Assembly: GCA_016930255.1 (NCBI GenBank)
Contig: JAFGHB010000022.1
Span: 14,989-78,988 of the forward strand
Source of the DNA: Methanomicrobia archaeon
Lineage (GTDB): Archaea; Halobacteriota; Syntropharchaeia; Alkanophagales; Methanospirareceae
Length of the DNA stretch: 64,000 nucleotides
Direction: 5' to 3'
Part shown: piece by piece, positions 20,529 through 30,149 of the stretch
How positions within the stretch are numbered: position 1 is the stretch's first letter
Layout of the letters: each line of letters starts with the position of its first letter
Made by a program: the position numbers and the translations under genes
Notes under the pieces: model-generated
What the model saw: only the letters and a program-made list of their open reading frames with translations
Databases searched by the model: none
Told to the model about the DNA's origin: nothing

Positions 20529-21503
20529 TTAGTAAACCACCCCCAACGATTCCAGCTCTTCAGCTTGCACCGCGAGCACATAGTCGTGAAACGGCTCTTC
20601 CCTCCCTTCTGAATCAATGACCGTTCCAGTGAATGCGTATACCGGCAGAACAAAATCTTGTTTCGTTATTCGCGGTTCCATCCAATATCCAATGGATATC
20701 TCGTTGATAGTTGCTCGATCTGCCATCATCTCCAACGGTGGTTGTACACGGTTCTCGCCGGCAATTAGCTCTTTATATGCTTCTTCCGGTGTCTTTAGTG
20801 AAATTTCTCTGTAGGGCTCTATCGCTCTCCAATTCATTACTATTTCATGGACTTCACTATTATTACCTATGATCACTGCTAATTCATCGTGGCCATATAC
20901 TGGTAGGCCGTTGACGCTTCGAGAAAACCGCACGGCTAAGGACACATCGTAGGATATGATGGGTTCACTTGAACCCGCTCTCCAAATCTCGTATGTTTCA
21001 GAAACGCCCACATTTTTGAACTCTGCGTCTTCGGGCAATAGTTTTCTGGTCGAAAGATAGTCAGAAGCGATCTCCTTTGCATCGTTTTCGGATGGTAGGA
21101 TGGGCTGAGAGTCGACAGAAGCGGGATACTCCTTATAATACTGGATAGCTCCCGAAGCCTTATAAACGGTTACTTGCTTTCTTGTCCCTTCCGCCTCATC
21201 TACTAGACGAATCTTATCGTTTATACGAAGCTCTGCATTTTCAGTCAACCCAAATGTTCTACCAATGCCCTTTACGTAGTCGCTTGTAACCTCTGGAGTT
21301 ACCGTTTTATATACAAGATATGAATCACGTATCTCCGGAAAGGTGGCATTCAGCACGAATGTTGTTTCAGCACCTTCCTCGGACGGAGGGAATAGACCGG
21401 GAACCGCGTTAGTTCCTGTGTGCTCAACCCAAACCGTTGCAGCCGCAAATAGCACTGCTACCGTGACGACTATCCCTAAGATTACCCATAGTTTTTGTGT
21501 CAT
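20529..21503 (-). CDS. hypothetical membrane-anchored extracytoplasmic protein
   Basis: 324 aa, N-terminal TM, second gene after the 21519-22274 lipoprotein-like gene. Confidence 0.45.
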   Translation of the reverse strand: MTQKLWVILGIVVTVAVLFAAATVWVEHTGTNAVPGLFPPSEEGAETTFVLNATFPEIRDSYLVYKTVTPEVTSDYVKGIGRTFGLTENAELRINDKIRLVDEAEGTRKQVTVYKASGAIQYYKEYPASVDSQPILPSENDAKEIASDYLSTRKLLPEDAEFKNVGVSETYEIWRAGSSEPIISYDVSLAVRFSRSVNGLPVYGHDELAVIIGNNSEVHEIVMNWRAIEPYREISLKTPEEAYKELIAGENRVQPPLEMMADRATINEISIGYWMEPRITKQDFVLPVYAFTGTVIDSEGREEPFHDYVLAVQAEELESLGVVY

Positions 21504-21518
21504 TTTTTTTCTTCAATC

Positions 21519-22274
21519 CTAACTGCAACTATATGTCCACGTAGTATACCCTGAATTTACGGTTGGATCGGCGATAACAGAACCTTCACCCCAGATGTGG
21601 TCGTTCCCGCATGCTGAATTTTCGCCGATTATCCGTACCGTGTAATCTGAGCCATGTGTCTCGTCGATAGCGTGATACCACGCGTCTTTAACCGTCTCTC
21701 CGTCTAATAGATTATCTGCAAAATTACCGCCATCAACACAGTTCAGTGAAGAGGTTGTAAATCCACAGATCAAATGCACCCCATTGAGACCATAGTGGCT
21801 ACCCTTAAACCTATCTGGCTTTTCTGTTGAGTGACAGCCATGTAAGGCAATCCACTCCAAATCGTGATCTCCCCATTCGATCTCGTTGAAAAAACTCACC
21901 CACTTCGTATAGGTTGAAAGCTCCAGTCTGTTATTTTGCGCATGCCCCTGGTACCAGGCAATGTCGACACCATCGATGTACGTGGAATCTTGCCCATCGT
22001 GTTGAAAGTGCTCTTCTTTCGTGTTAGTATTACCTTTATCAAATTTTCGAGTCCAGCCAGCACTGCCCAATCCATTATAAAATGCTTTAGCGGAATCATC
22101 ACTATTTGGGAGATCACTGTGGGGCCAGCTATAATCTGTCACCCATTCAATGCCCACCTCAGGGGAGGTAGCATCGTTATCATCACCAGTCCCCGCAGTA
22201 GCACATGACATGAGAACCACCGAACTTACTGCTAGTATCAACGAAAGCTTCAAGCACACTGCTCTTCTTTTCAT
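21519..22274 (-). CDS. hypothetical secreted lipoprotein-like protein with conserved His/Cys motifs
   Basis: Signal peptide ending LMSCATAG; motifs IALHGCHS and GVHLICGF; no family recognised. Confidence 0.45.
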   Translation of the reverse strand: MKRRAVCLKLSLILAVSSVVLMSCATAGTGDDNDATSPEVGIEWVTDYSWPHSDLPNSDDSAKAFYNGLGSAGWTRKFDKGNTNTKEEHFQHDGQDSTYIDGVDIAWYQGHAQNNRLELSTYTKWVSFFNEIEWGDHDLEWIALHGCHSTEKPDRFKGSHYGLNGVHLICGFTTSSLNCVDGGNFADNLLDGETVKDAWYHAIDETHGSDYTVRIIGENSACGNDHIWGEGSVIADPTVNSGYTTWTYSCS

Positions 22275-22280
22275 TTATAA

Positions 22281-22355
22281 CACCTCCTAATTTTTTGGGT
22301 ATTTATAAAGCGCCCCTCCTCGGCGCCTCGCCTTCCTTCTGCGGCTTTTCGCCCC
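22281..22355 (-). repeat. conserved leader element, copy C (truncated to ~75 nt)
   Basis: CACCTCCTAATTTTTTGGGTATTTATAAAGCGCCCCTCCTCGGCGCCTCGCCTTCCTTCTGCGGCTTTTCGCCCC matches the gene-proximal part of copies A and D and then diverges. Confidence 0.65.
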
Positions 22356-22386
22356 TTCTTTGATATTTGATATTCTAAAGTTTGGC

Positions 22387-22785
22387 CTACACAACTAGCA
22401 TTATCCACAAAATAGCACCTATAATGACAAGAAAAAATCCGAGTTTTTTGTTACTATTTATTAGTATAGCTCCAGTTCCTATAATACTGAGACAAATACC
22501 CGAGTATATCCAAAATCTAAATACTACTCCAAATACAATAATATCGTACATGAAAAGGAGCATAAATGGGAGAAAGCTCACCGCTAGCACCGAAGGTATT
22601 TTACGAGACCACCCGCTATAAATTCCAACTATGAGTGGTAATGCAATTCGTCCGATTTGCGCGTAAAGCGGTCCATATTTTGGAGATATTTGCAATATTA
22701 CGGGGAAAAAAGGAAAGAGGAGGACTATAAAAAATACTAACAAAGTTAGTACCACGCTCCTCCATTTTATATGTTCATACTTCAT
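22387..22785 (-). CDS. hypothetical small polytopic membrane protein (AT-rich)
   Basis: 132 aa, four hydrophobic helices, AT-rich codon usage. Confidence 0.45.
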   Translation of the reverse strand: MKYEHIKWRSVVLTLLVFFIVLLFPFFPVILQISPKYGPLYAQIGRIALPLIVGIYSGWSRKIPSVLAVSFLPFMLLFMYDIIVFGVVFRFWIYSGICLSIIGTGAILINSNKKLGFFLVIIGAILWIMLVV

Positions 22786-22815
22786 GCGACTCTTCTCCTT
22801 CTATATTTTCATATT

Positions 22816-23637
22816 TCATGCGGTTAACTCGATAACTGGTGCTAACCCGTCGTTATCCCCCAAGTCATCATTGCCTAAGTCGGTATACCAAATATCTCCA
22901 ACGAACCCTTCATCTGCAAAGTCATCCTTTACAAAATCTTCTGCGTCTTCATAGCTGATATATTGGTGTCCCGTTCCCGTCCAACGCTCATAGTGTACGT
23001 TGGCATCACTCCAGTCATCCGCCCAGTGAGGATCTGAATATTCACTGCCGAAAATCCGTATGTGATACCTGTACCCAAAGTAATCACCGTTTTCAAGTTG
23101 ATAGTCTTGCACTTTCCAATAGGCTGTGCCACCATTCGCTGTGTCGTCGATGTACGTCCGCGCTGACCAACCTGTAGCACCATCCCATGTATTATCGATC
23201 CAATTCTGCATGTCATATTGAACATCCCAAGCGTTACCAGTATTATAAAATATCAGATTTATGGGATCATCTTCCACCCCGGGGGCGAGGACATCTTGAT
23301 AAGCCCAAAAATTTATGCATTTCTCGCCGACTTTGACTAGCTTCAACTTGACTTCAATATCATCTGGAGTCTCTTCTAGCTCCTCAGCCCAATCCTTAAT
23401 CGCTTGATTCACCAATTTTTCACCCTTTTCTCCCAAATTCTTTCGAAGGAAATTGAAATGCTCTTCGTTGGCTTCTAAGAATTCTTCCATACTTGGTTTC
23501 TTAATTGTTACGATCTCTTCCCTAATCTCTGAAGGGATCATCTTTTTGTTATTATCTGGAAGAACCGTAGCTGTTGTTGCAGCTATTGCAGTGATTAACA
23601 CCGCTACAACGATTGTCGAGATAAGCGTCTTTTTCAT
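22816..23637 (-). CDS. hypothetical acidic secreted protein
   Basis: 273 aa with a signal peptide (LISTIVVAVLITAIAATTA); rich in D/W/Y. It lies immediately downstream of leader copy D. Confidence 0.5.
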   Translation of the reverse strand: MKKTLISTIVVAVLITAIAATTATVLPDNNKKMIPSEIREEIVTIKKPSMEEFLEANEEHFNFLRKNLGEKGEKLVNQAIKDWAEELEETPDDIEVKLKLVKVGEKCINFWAYQDVLAPGVEDDPINLIFYNTGNAWDVQYDMQNWIDNTWDGATGWSARTYIDDTANGGTAYWKVQDYQLENGDYFGYRYHIRIFGSEYSDPHWADDWSDANVHYERWTGTGHQYISYEDAEDFVKDDFADEGFVGDIWYTDLGNDDLGDNDGLAPVIELTA

Positions 23638-23644
23638 TTTACCC

Positions 23645-24050
23645 TATCACCCCCTAACTTTTTTGGGTACTTATAAAGCGCCCCTCCTCGGCGCCTCGCC
23701 TTCCTTCTTCGCCTTTTCGCCCGTCAGGGATTCACACCCTGTACGGGCCTCTCCTGCTTTTTTCTACACCTCGTCTTCGCGCTTCTGAGCACGAAATGTT
23801 GTGAGTTATTTAAGCTTTAAATTAGTTAACATCCTATAGCCTATTTATTATTAACCGTTGCCAATATTGCTGCTAGGAAGTAGTATTAGCTAACGCGGTC
23901 AACGATATTAACGCTAGATAAGTTTCCTATAATCGGCTACGAGAACTATCCTGGGGGAATCTGCCGATTCAAAGAGGTTTCCGGTGATTTCCATGAACAT
24001 CGCCTTTAGAAGGGGGAATTAACGAGTCTTCTTTCCTTTTCTATCCGATC
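23645..24050 (-). repeat. conserved leader element, copy D (~400 nt)
   Basis: Nearly identical to copy A from the RBS (AAAAAAGTTAGGGGGTGAT) through the GC-rich hairpins and on into the distal ATTAGCTAACGC...ATAAGTTTCCTATAATC...CCTTTAGAAGG segment. Confidence 0.7.
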
Positions 24051-24127
24051 CGATTCGCTTCCTATCTTCACCAAAACCAATAAGGCCACGGAAAAACAGT
24101 TCTTTGATCGCCTAGCGACATGCGGCA

Positions 24128-24907
24128 TCACCTCAAAGATCGCTTGAAGATCGGTATCGCTTCCCGTTTATGCCGCGACGCTTCCACCATTCGTTTTACC
24201 CGTTCCACCACTTCGGATTCGTAACCGCTCGTGCTCTCTAAATCCCCCATTTCCAGTGCGGTAAGAGCACGATCCAAAGCCGCATAGCTCATACCGATCT
24301 CCGCTTCGTCTGTTTGGCCCGCCCAGAGACCTGCACTCGGCGCTTTCTCGATTATCTCTTCGGGAATGCCAAGCGCCTCCGCCAATTCCCGCTCTTCCGT
24401 CTTCAGCACGTCGCCGAGCGGCAGTATATCCGCAGCGCCATCGCCGTATTTGGTAAAATACCCAATAGAAAGCTCGCTCTTGTTCCCCGTGCCGACGACC
24501 AGATAGTTGAGCTGATTCGCGAAGTAATAAAGGCAGATCATCCGGAGACGCGGTTTGAGGTTCGCAATTGCCATATCTACGTCACCATCCACGTCACCAT
24601 CGTGCGGGCGCTCTTCCACATCTAACAACTCCAGCAAGAGCGTGAAGACCGGTGTGAGGTCGATCTCCTTCGTCTCGATGCCAAACCGAGCGGCAACCAG
24701 CTTCGCATGTGCTACGTCTTCGTTACGTGAAAAGCACGGGAGTATCAAGCCCAAGGTGGTATCGGGAAACGCTCGTTTACATAACACGGCAACGACGGAC
24801 GAGTCCAGTCCGCCACTCATGCCCACGACCACACCCCGGGCACCTGCTGCCTCCACGCGTTCTCGTATCCAGTCGCTTATACGCGATGCCAAGTCCGTTG
24901 GTTGCAT
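24128..24907 (-). CDS. nadE: NH3-dependent NAD+ synthetase
   Basis: PP-loop VVGMSGGLDSSVVAVLC and the ~260-aa NadE architecture. Confidence 0.85.
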   Translation of the reverse strand: MQPTDLASRISDWIRERVEAAGARGVVVGMSGGLDSSVVAVLCKRAFPDTTLGLILPCFSRNEDVAHAKLVAARFGIETKEIDLTPVFTLLLELLDVEERPHDGDVDGDVDMAIANLKPRLRMICLYYFANQLNYLVVGTGNKSELSIGYFTKYGDGAADILPLGDVLKTEERELAEALGIPEEIIEKAPSAGLWAGQTDEAEIGMSYAALDRALTALEMGDLESTSGYESEVVERVKRMVEASRHKREAIPIFKRSLR

Positions 24908-24987
24908 ACCCCTTCTCGCACCCTGCCCATCTACATTTATATCGGGAAGTACATGTTATAAGTTACCGTAAAGAATTTCACGAAACG

Positions 24988-25731
24988 ATGAGGAATAAGG
25001 GTTTCATTGCAATTATACCCGTTAAAGGCACAATTACCGCCGAGGGTTCGTATTTCGGAGTTATGGCCACATCGCAAGAGATACTCTGGGCGATCGAGGA
25101 TGCGGAGAAACGGAAGAAGGTAAAAGCAGTGGTATTCGAGATTAATTCGCCGGGCGGGACTCCCTTTGCCGCTAAGGAAGTAGCAACGCGTATAAAGGAG
25201 ATGGAGAAGCCGACCGTAGCGTGGGTACGAGAATACGCGACCTCAGGCGCCTACTGGATTGCGAGTGCATGCAATGAAATTGTCGCCGATGAGTTGAGCA
25301 CACTGGGCAGTATCGGCGTTTTGAGCATCAGACCGGATATTGGCGAGTTACTGAAGAAGTTCGGCATCGACGTGGAAACGCTCAAGACGGGCATGTATAA
25401 GGGGCTAGGGCTGCCGTACGAGAAGCCGACGGAGGAGGAACGGGAGTTGCTCACGAAGGAGCTGGACGAGATCAAGGATACGTTCTTGACCGCTATCGCT
25501 GAGAACCGGAACCTGAACGACGAGACCGTACAGGAATTAGCCACCGCCAAGGTGTATTTAGGACGGGAAGCACAGAAAATGGGTTTGGTCGACCATCTCG
25601 GCGGAAAGGACTTGGCGATCGCCCGGGCAAAGGAACGGAGCGGCATAAAACGTGAGAAGCTCCGGTATTATGAGGAGCGAAGGCGACGGGGATTTTTGCG
25701 ACGGTTGATTGAAGAGCTGCTGCTGCGGTGA
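24988..25731 (+). CDS. sppA: signal peptide peptidase SppA (S49 family, 36K type)
   Basis: FEINSPGG, GSIGV and a K/R-rich tail. The track ORF extends upstream to 24709 over the nadE end; ATG 24988 is the likely start. Confidence 0.75.
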   Translation: MRNKGFIAIIPVKGTITAEGSYFGVMATSQEILWAIEDAEKRKKVKAVVFEINSPGGTPFAAKEVATRIKEMEKPTVAWVREYATSGAYWIASACNEIVADELSTLGSIGVLSIRPDIGELLKKFGIDVETLKTGMYKGLGLPYEKPTEEERELLTKELDEIKDTFLTAIAENRNLNDETVQELATAKVYLGREAQKMGLVDHLGGKDLAIARAKERSGIKREKLRYYEERRRRGFLRRLIEELLLR

Positions 25732-25782
25732 CCGTATTGGATAGATGGATAGATGGAGGGGGTATTTGAATCCGATCTCAGC

Positions 25783-26121
25783 TTAATACGGCTCCCGATC
25801 GCCCCAAGACTCTTCGTCCTTACCGATTTGCGTCTTGTACGAATCAGAATCTTCGTGAATTCGTTCCATATAGCGCTTGCGCCACGTTTCGGCCTCTTGC
25901 TCGTGCTCTTCTCTCGCTGCTCGTTCTGCCACGTAGCGCTGTTTCCATTCCTCTACCTCGTTCAACGCTTCGTTAGAGAACCTGCCTTGGTTCCGCGCTT
26001 CCCATTGCGCCGTTTCGTAGTTATCACTCACGGTCTTGAGCCTTTTCGAGACCTGAGCTAACTTGACAAGTGCAATCAGCAAGCAAAGGAGGAGACCGAG
26101 CGCTATGAGCCACGCGATCAT
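25783..26121 (-). CDS. hypothetical membrane-anchored coiled-coil protein
   Basis: 112 aa, N-terminal TM, E/R/K-rich remainder. Confidence 0.4.
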   Translation of the reverse strand: MIAWLIALGLLLCLLIALVKLAQVSKRLKTVSDNYETAQWEARNQGRFSNEALNEVEEWKQRYVAERAAREEHEQEAETWRKRYMERIHEDSDSYKTQIGKDEESWGDREPY

Positions 26122-26295
26122 TTATTTGTTAGACCCCCAGGCATGAAGAACGTTTACAACCATTGGTTTCACTCCGAGCAGACCGCGAATTGTATGCTTT
26201 ATTAAAGTTCCCTTCCTTTTAAAAGTACATATACACAGTACAGTACTGCGTTACGTTACTGGGCCATCCCGGCAGAGAACGGAGAGCGAACGATT

Positions 26296-26763
26296 ATGCG
26301 TGAGAACGAAGCGAATGAGAAGCCGACAAGAATACCCTGGGACGACTACTGGATGAATATTGTCAACGACGTCGCGACGCGTTCGACCTGTTTGCGGAGA
26401 AAGATAGGCGCGTTAGTGGTGAAGAACGATATAATCGTTTCAACGGGCTATAACGGCGCACCACGAGGTTTTCCGCACTGTCTCGATGTCGGATGCCGGC
26501 GTGACAAACTGAATATCGCGTCAGGTGAACGACATGAAGAGTGCGTGGGCGTGCACGCGGAACAGAATGCGCTCTTACAAGCGGGTCGGGACGCGGACGG
26601 CGCGACGCTCTATGTCAATGCGTTTCCGTGCAAGATCTGCGCGAAACTGATAATAAACGCGGGGATACAGCGCGTCGTGATCTCCGGTGAATACAGCGAT
26701 ACAGAAGGGCTGGAGTATTTGAAGCAGGGTGGTATAACGCTTACCTTTATGCAGCGCGATTAA
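26296..26763 (+). CDS. dCMP/cytidine deaminase family protein
   Basis: HAEQNAL and PCKICAKLIINAGI zinc-binding motifs. Confidence 0.8.
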   Translation: MRENEANEKPTRIPWDDYWMNIVNDVATRSTCLRRKIGALVVKNDIIVSTGYNGAPRGFPHCLDVGCRRDKLNIASGERHEECVGVHAEQNALLQAGRDADGATLYVNAFPCKICAKLIINAGIQRVVISGEYSDTEGLEYLKQGGITLTFMQRD

Positions 26764-26770
26764 CAGGCTT

Positions 26771-27175
26771 ATGAACAAATCGAGTAGACCGCAGTACACG
26801 TTGGATTGCGAAACGTATACGGAGTTAGAGCGTGTAATAGAGGAGATGGACGATTCTGTCGACGCGGTTATTGTCGAGGGCGTCCGGGACAAAACGGCGC
26901 TGGAGGAACTGGGCATCACGAAGGAGATTATCATGTGCTCTTCGCGGCCGGATACCGAGTTCGTCGATTATCTCTGCAGTAGATACAAGCGCGTTACGAT
27001 ACTGACCGACTATGACCGCGCGGGCAAGAGCGTTAACAAGCGATTAATCGCACGGCTGGAACGCGCAGGTGTGAAGGTGGATAATCAGTACAGGGAGCGA
27101 ATCGGACGGATTCTGGGGCTACGCGGCATGAAGGACATCGAATCGGTAAACTCGCTCAAGAAACGGATTATTTGA
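26771..27175 (+). CDS. small Toprim-domain protein
   Basis: AVIVEGVRD...ILTDYDRAGK, a Toprim acidic motif arrangement. Confidence 0.6.
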   Translation: MNKSSRPQYTLDCETYTELERVIEEMDDSVDAVIVEGVRDKTALEELGITKEIIMCSSRPDTEFVDYLCSRYKRVTILTDYDRAGKSVNKRLIARLERAGVKVDNQYRERIGRILGLRGMKDIESVNSLKKRII

Positions 27176-27887
27176 CGCCTAAGAGCTCCAGCATGCTCCT
27201 GAGTTCCTTGACACTGAATTGGCCCGGTGCTACTGCTTCCTCACCTTCGATATACCCGTAGGTCAATACCGATCCGTACAGTGGCGCTATGAGACGCAGA
27301 TGCTTACCCACAGGGCCCATACCGATCGTTGTGATCACCTTGCCCGTTTGTGTGAGCGTATCAGTAAGATCGAGTACCAGCAGTGCATCGCTGAATGTTT
27401 GCGGCGTCACCGCGATCTTCGCAATGCTCGCGCCCTCGTCGTACATGTGTGTAACGATCGCTTCGAGCTCCGAACGTGATGGCGTACCGTTAAAATCATG
27501 AAACGAGCAAATAACAGGAACGCGAAGGCTTTTCGCCTTCTCTACTAACATCTGTTTTTCCTCCGGCGGAGAAGAAAGCTCGATGTCTACCGCATCCACG
27601 TTAACGGTGTCGAGGATGCTGATGAGCAGTGCAATTCGCTCCAATTCGGTGCCAGTGAACGCGCCGCCTTCTTCCTTCCTTCTGTTCGTTGCAATCACCG
27701 GCACGTCGAGCTGCGATACGAATCCTTGTAGCTTCTTTATATCGCGATCTTCCTCGTTCATGAGGTCTATCCGCAATTCTATAGCGTCAGCGCCCTGGTC
27801 TCGCGCGCGCGTCGCGTCGTGGACGGACAGCGTGCTCAGTACGCCGACGATAACCGGTGCGTTTCCCAGTAATGCTAACGCGTTCAT
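27168..27887 (-). CDS. aroD: 3-dehydroquinate dehydratase type I
   Basis: 239 aa, TIM-barrel AroD-like motifs (DAIELRIDL, catalytic Lys region). Confidence 0.75.
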   Translation of the reverse strand: MNALALLGNAPVIVGVLSTLSVHDATRARDQGADAIELRIDLMNEEDRDIKKLQGFVSQLDVPVIATNRRKEEGGAFTGTELERIALLISILDTVNVDAVDIELSSPPEEKQMLVEKAKSLRVPVICSFHDFNGTPSRSELEAIVTHMYDEGASIAKIAVTPQTFSDALLVLDLTDTLTQTGKVITTIGMGPVGKHLRLIAPLYGSVLTYGYIEGEEAVAPGQFSVKELRSMLELLGVK

Positions 27888-28039
27888 TTTTACTTACTTG
27901 CGGGTTGAAGCAGCACGAGAGCCGAGGTTGGTTCTTGTAGAGATGATTATTGGCCAAGCTTCTTAAGGATTTCGTGCCGGTCCTTACAACGAGACAACCC
28001 CGCGCCTTCTCCGCTTTACTTACTCACTCACTTACTCAG

Positions 28040-28666
28040 TTACGCTAAACTTTCGATAAACTCCTGCTCTAAAACGGGCGCAGGCACGATATCGAGGAAC
28101 ATGACGCACGATTCACGCAGAATCTCCAGAAATCGGTTCGCTTCGTCTTGCGATAAGCCATAAAATTCGGTGAGATCGCCAAACGGTGTCAGTACGATGC
28201 ACGTGCCGACACTAGTGGTTTTACCCTTCGAGAATCTGTCTACTGAGACGTCCTTCAAAAACGTTTTGATCAATGCAGACGCGTCGTAATCAGCTATGGT
28301 CCCCGTCATTGCGGCGCGGTTCACGTGTCGAAGGTACACGTCTTTGAACGTCTCGTAAAAGTACCGCTCGATGTCGTCCAGAGCCTCGTCGAAGTCAGAG
28401 AACGAGGTGTTCTTGCATAACGCGTTGAGGAACTCTTCACCGGCGGCCAGCGCGTCCTTCAGCTCCTGCTCATCATCCTTCAGGAAAAGGGTAAGGAAGG
28501 GTTTCAATCGCGCTCCGAATAGAAACTCGTCGCTACGCAGCATCGGGACGTCAGTCCGGTAGCGCACCCGGAATCGTACTATCAGTGTCGTTAGGTAAAC
28601 ACCCAGTGCTTTCGCATCGGTGTCTATCCGCTCCTGCCCGAACCAGGATACCGGTTCTTCTGTCAT
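28040..28666 (-). CDS. hypothetical protein
   Basis: 208-aa ORF with a coherent composition; no recognised motifs. Confidence 0.4.
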   Translation of the reverse strand: MTEEPVSWFGQERIDTDAKALGVYLTTLIVRFRVRYRTDVPMLRSDEFLFGARLKPFLTLFLKDDEQELKDALAAGEEFLNALCKNTSFSDFDEALDDIERYFYETFKDVYLRHVNRAAMTGTIADYDASALIKTFLKDVSVDRFSKGKTTSVGTCIVLTPFGDLTEFYGLSQDEANRFLEILRESCVMFLDIVPAPVLEQEFIESLA

Positions 28667-28869
28667 CAGGTATAATAAAGGTGTGAGAGGATATTAGGTT
28701 TACGCGTCGCATCGTGTCGCGCCGTACTGCGCCACACCGCAGCACGGGGAACACTCTTTGTAGACGAGGACAGGAAGAGCTGAAACGGTGAATGACGGGC
28801 TTTTGAATGCTCAGCAGTCAGAGGGCAGAAACTTGTTTATCGGTAAACAATAGTATAGCTTAATAGGAG

Positions 28870-30003
28870 GTGATAGAACTGGTTCGCATTAGACCGTTCG
28901 AGGCAGGCGATACTACCCGGCTGTTAGCGATCGAGAAGTTGTGTCCGCACGGTAACGAGCAGTGCGCTGTGGGCGTGGACAAAAAATCGAGCATCACCGC
29001 ACGCTATGCGCTGTATGATAACTGGAACGTCCTTGTAGCCGAAGCGGACGATGAGGATGATGAGGCTGAGGCGGGAGCTGGTGAAGTTGGTGGTTGGATC
29101 GGCTGGACGGTGAAGCAGTCGCCCACGCAGCACGAGCCGTACGTCTATCTCGCCGAGGTGATGGTGCATCCGGACTTCCGGCGAAAGGGGGTGGCTACCA
29201 CCCTGGTGAACGAGGCGGAGCAGCATGCACAAGAAACGGGATCGAATCACCTGTATTGCTACATCTACGGCCCGAACGATGCGTCGAAAGCGTTGTTCGA
29301 GCAGCTGGGCTATTCGAGCATGAGAGCGCTCAAATCATGTGCCGTAACGGCCTATAAAAAAGCGGAGATCGCAGAGGATCACTATACGATCGAACGCGTT
29401 ACGATACGAGATATTCCCGCGGTCGTGCGTCTTATCAACGAGTATTATGCAGGGTACGCGCACTTCGCGCCTTACACGCCTGAAGGGTTTGTTTCGCATC
29501 TGACCGGAATGCCGGGCTACGGCCTGGAGCGGTTCTGGGTCGCTCGCTCGCAAGACGGGGCGGATAGTGGTAGGGTGGTGGCCTGCGCGGGTTTATGGGA
29601 TTGGTCAGTACTGGCAGAGATGTGCTATACGCACGAGCCGCGCCTGTGGAAGGTGATGCGCGCGCTCTATGGCTTCCTGAGCCTCTTTGGTCCCATGCCG
29701 CGGATACCAGCCGAGGGCGAGTATTTCAGGGTCTATTTCATGACCGATCACGCATTCGAGCCTGACCATGCCGCGGCGATGTCAGCCCTTATTAGCACGC
29801 TCAATAACGTCGTGCTCGATGCCAACCGCGATTTCTTCGTCGCCAATCTCGATCCGGACGACCCGCTCGTTGAGGTCATCAAAAAGTTCAAACCGCAGAT
29901 CGATACGTGGCATATCTATGCCAAAGCGATCGAACGCGACGTTAAATCAGAACTACCAGCGTTCAGTCCCTTCTACGTTGATATCAGGGATTGTATTCTC
30001 TGA
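28870..30003 (+). CDS. GNAT-family N-acetyltransferase with a C-terminal extension
   Basis: GTG start preceded by a TAGGAGG SD; acetyl-CoA-binding motif RRKGVATTLV. Confidence 0.6.
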   Translation: MIELVRIRPFEAGDTTRLLAIEKLCPHGNEQCAVGVDKKSSITARYALYDNWNVLVAEADDEDDEAEAGAGEVGGWIGWTVKQSPTQHEPYVYLAEVMVHPDFRRKGVATTLVNEAEQHAQETGSNHLYCYIYGPNDASKALFEQLGYSSMRALKSCAVTAYKKAEIAEDHYTIERVTIRDIPAVVRLINEYYAGYAHFAPYTPEGFVSHLTGMPGYGLERFWVARSQDGADSGRVVACAGLWDWSVLAEMCYTHEPRLWKVMRALYGFLSLFGPMPRIPAEGEYFRVYFMTDHAFEPDHAAAMSALISTLNNVVLDANRDFFVANLDPDDPLVEVIKKFKPQIDTWHIYAKAIERDVKSELPAFSPFYVDIRDCIL

Positions 30004-30149
30004 GTTCTTTTCGAAGCAAGGCGGTGAACCCCCCCATCGACATGGATAAGAAGGAGATGTTGCGGTAGAGAGTTATGAGTCTACAAAACAGTGATTATGC
30101 GAAAGATTTATAAATTGCTTCACCTAGATAAGAATCAGTTGTTTATGGA

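Noticed and set aside
21519-22274. Caspase-like (C14/C11/C25) peptidase call for the lipoprotein
   Set aside because: An H-G ... C motif pair is present (LHGC ... LICGF), but the spacing of ~26 aa is too short for the caspase-hemoglobinase fold, and nothing else about the family is recognisable.
17641-24050. Integron-like cassette array with attC sites
   Set aside because: The repeated elements are 200-400 nt, far longer than attC. There is no integrase or other recombinase in the window, and the conservation includes the RBS, which fits a propagated promoter/leader better.
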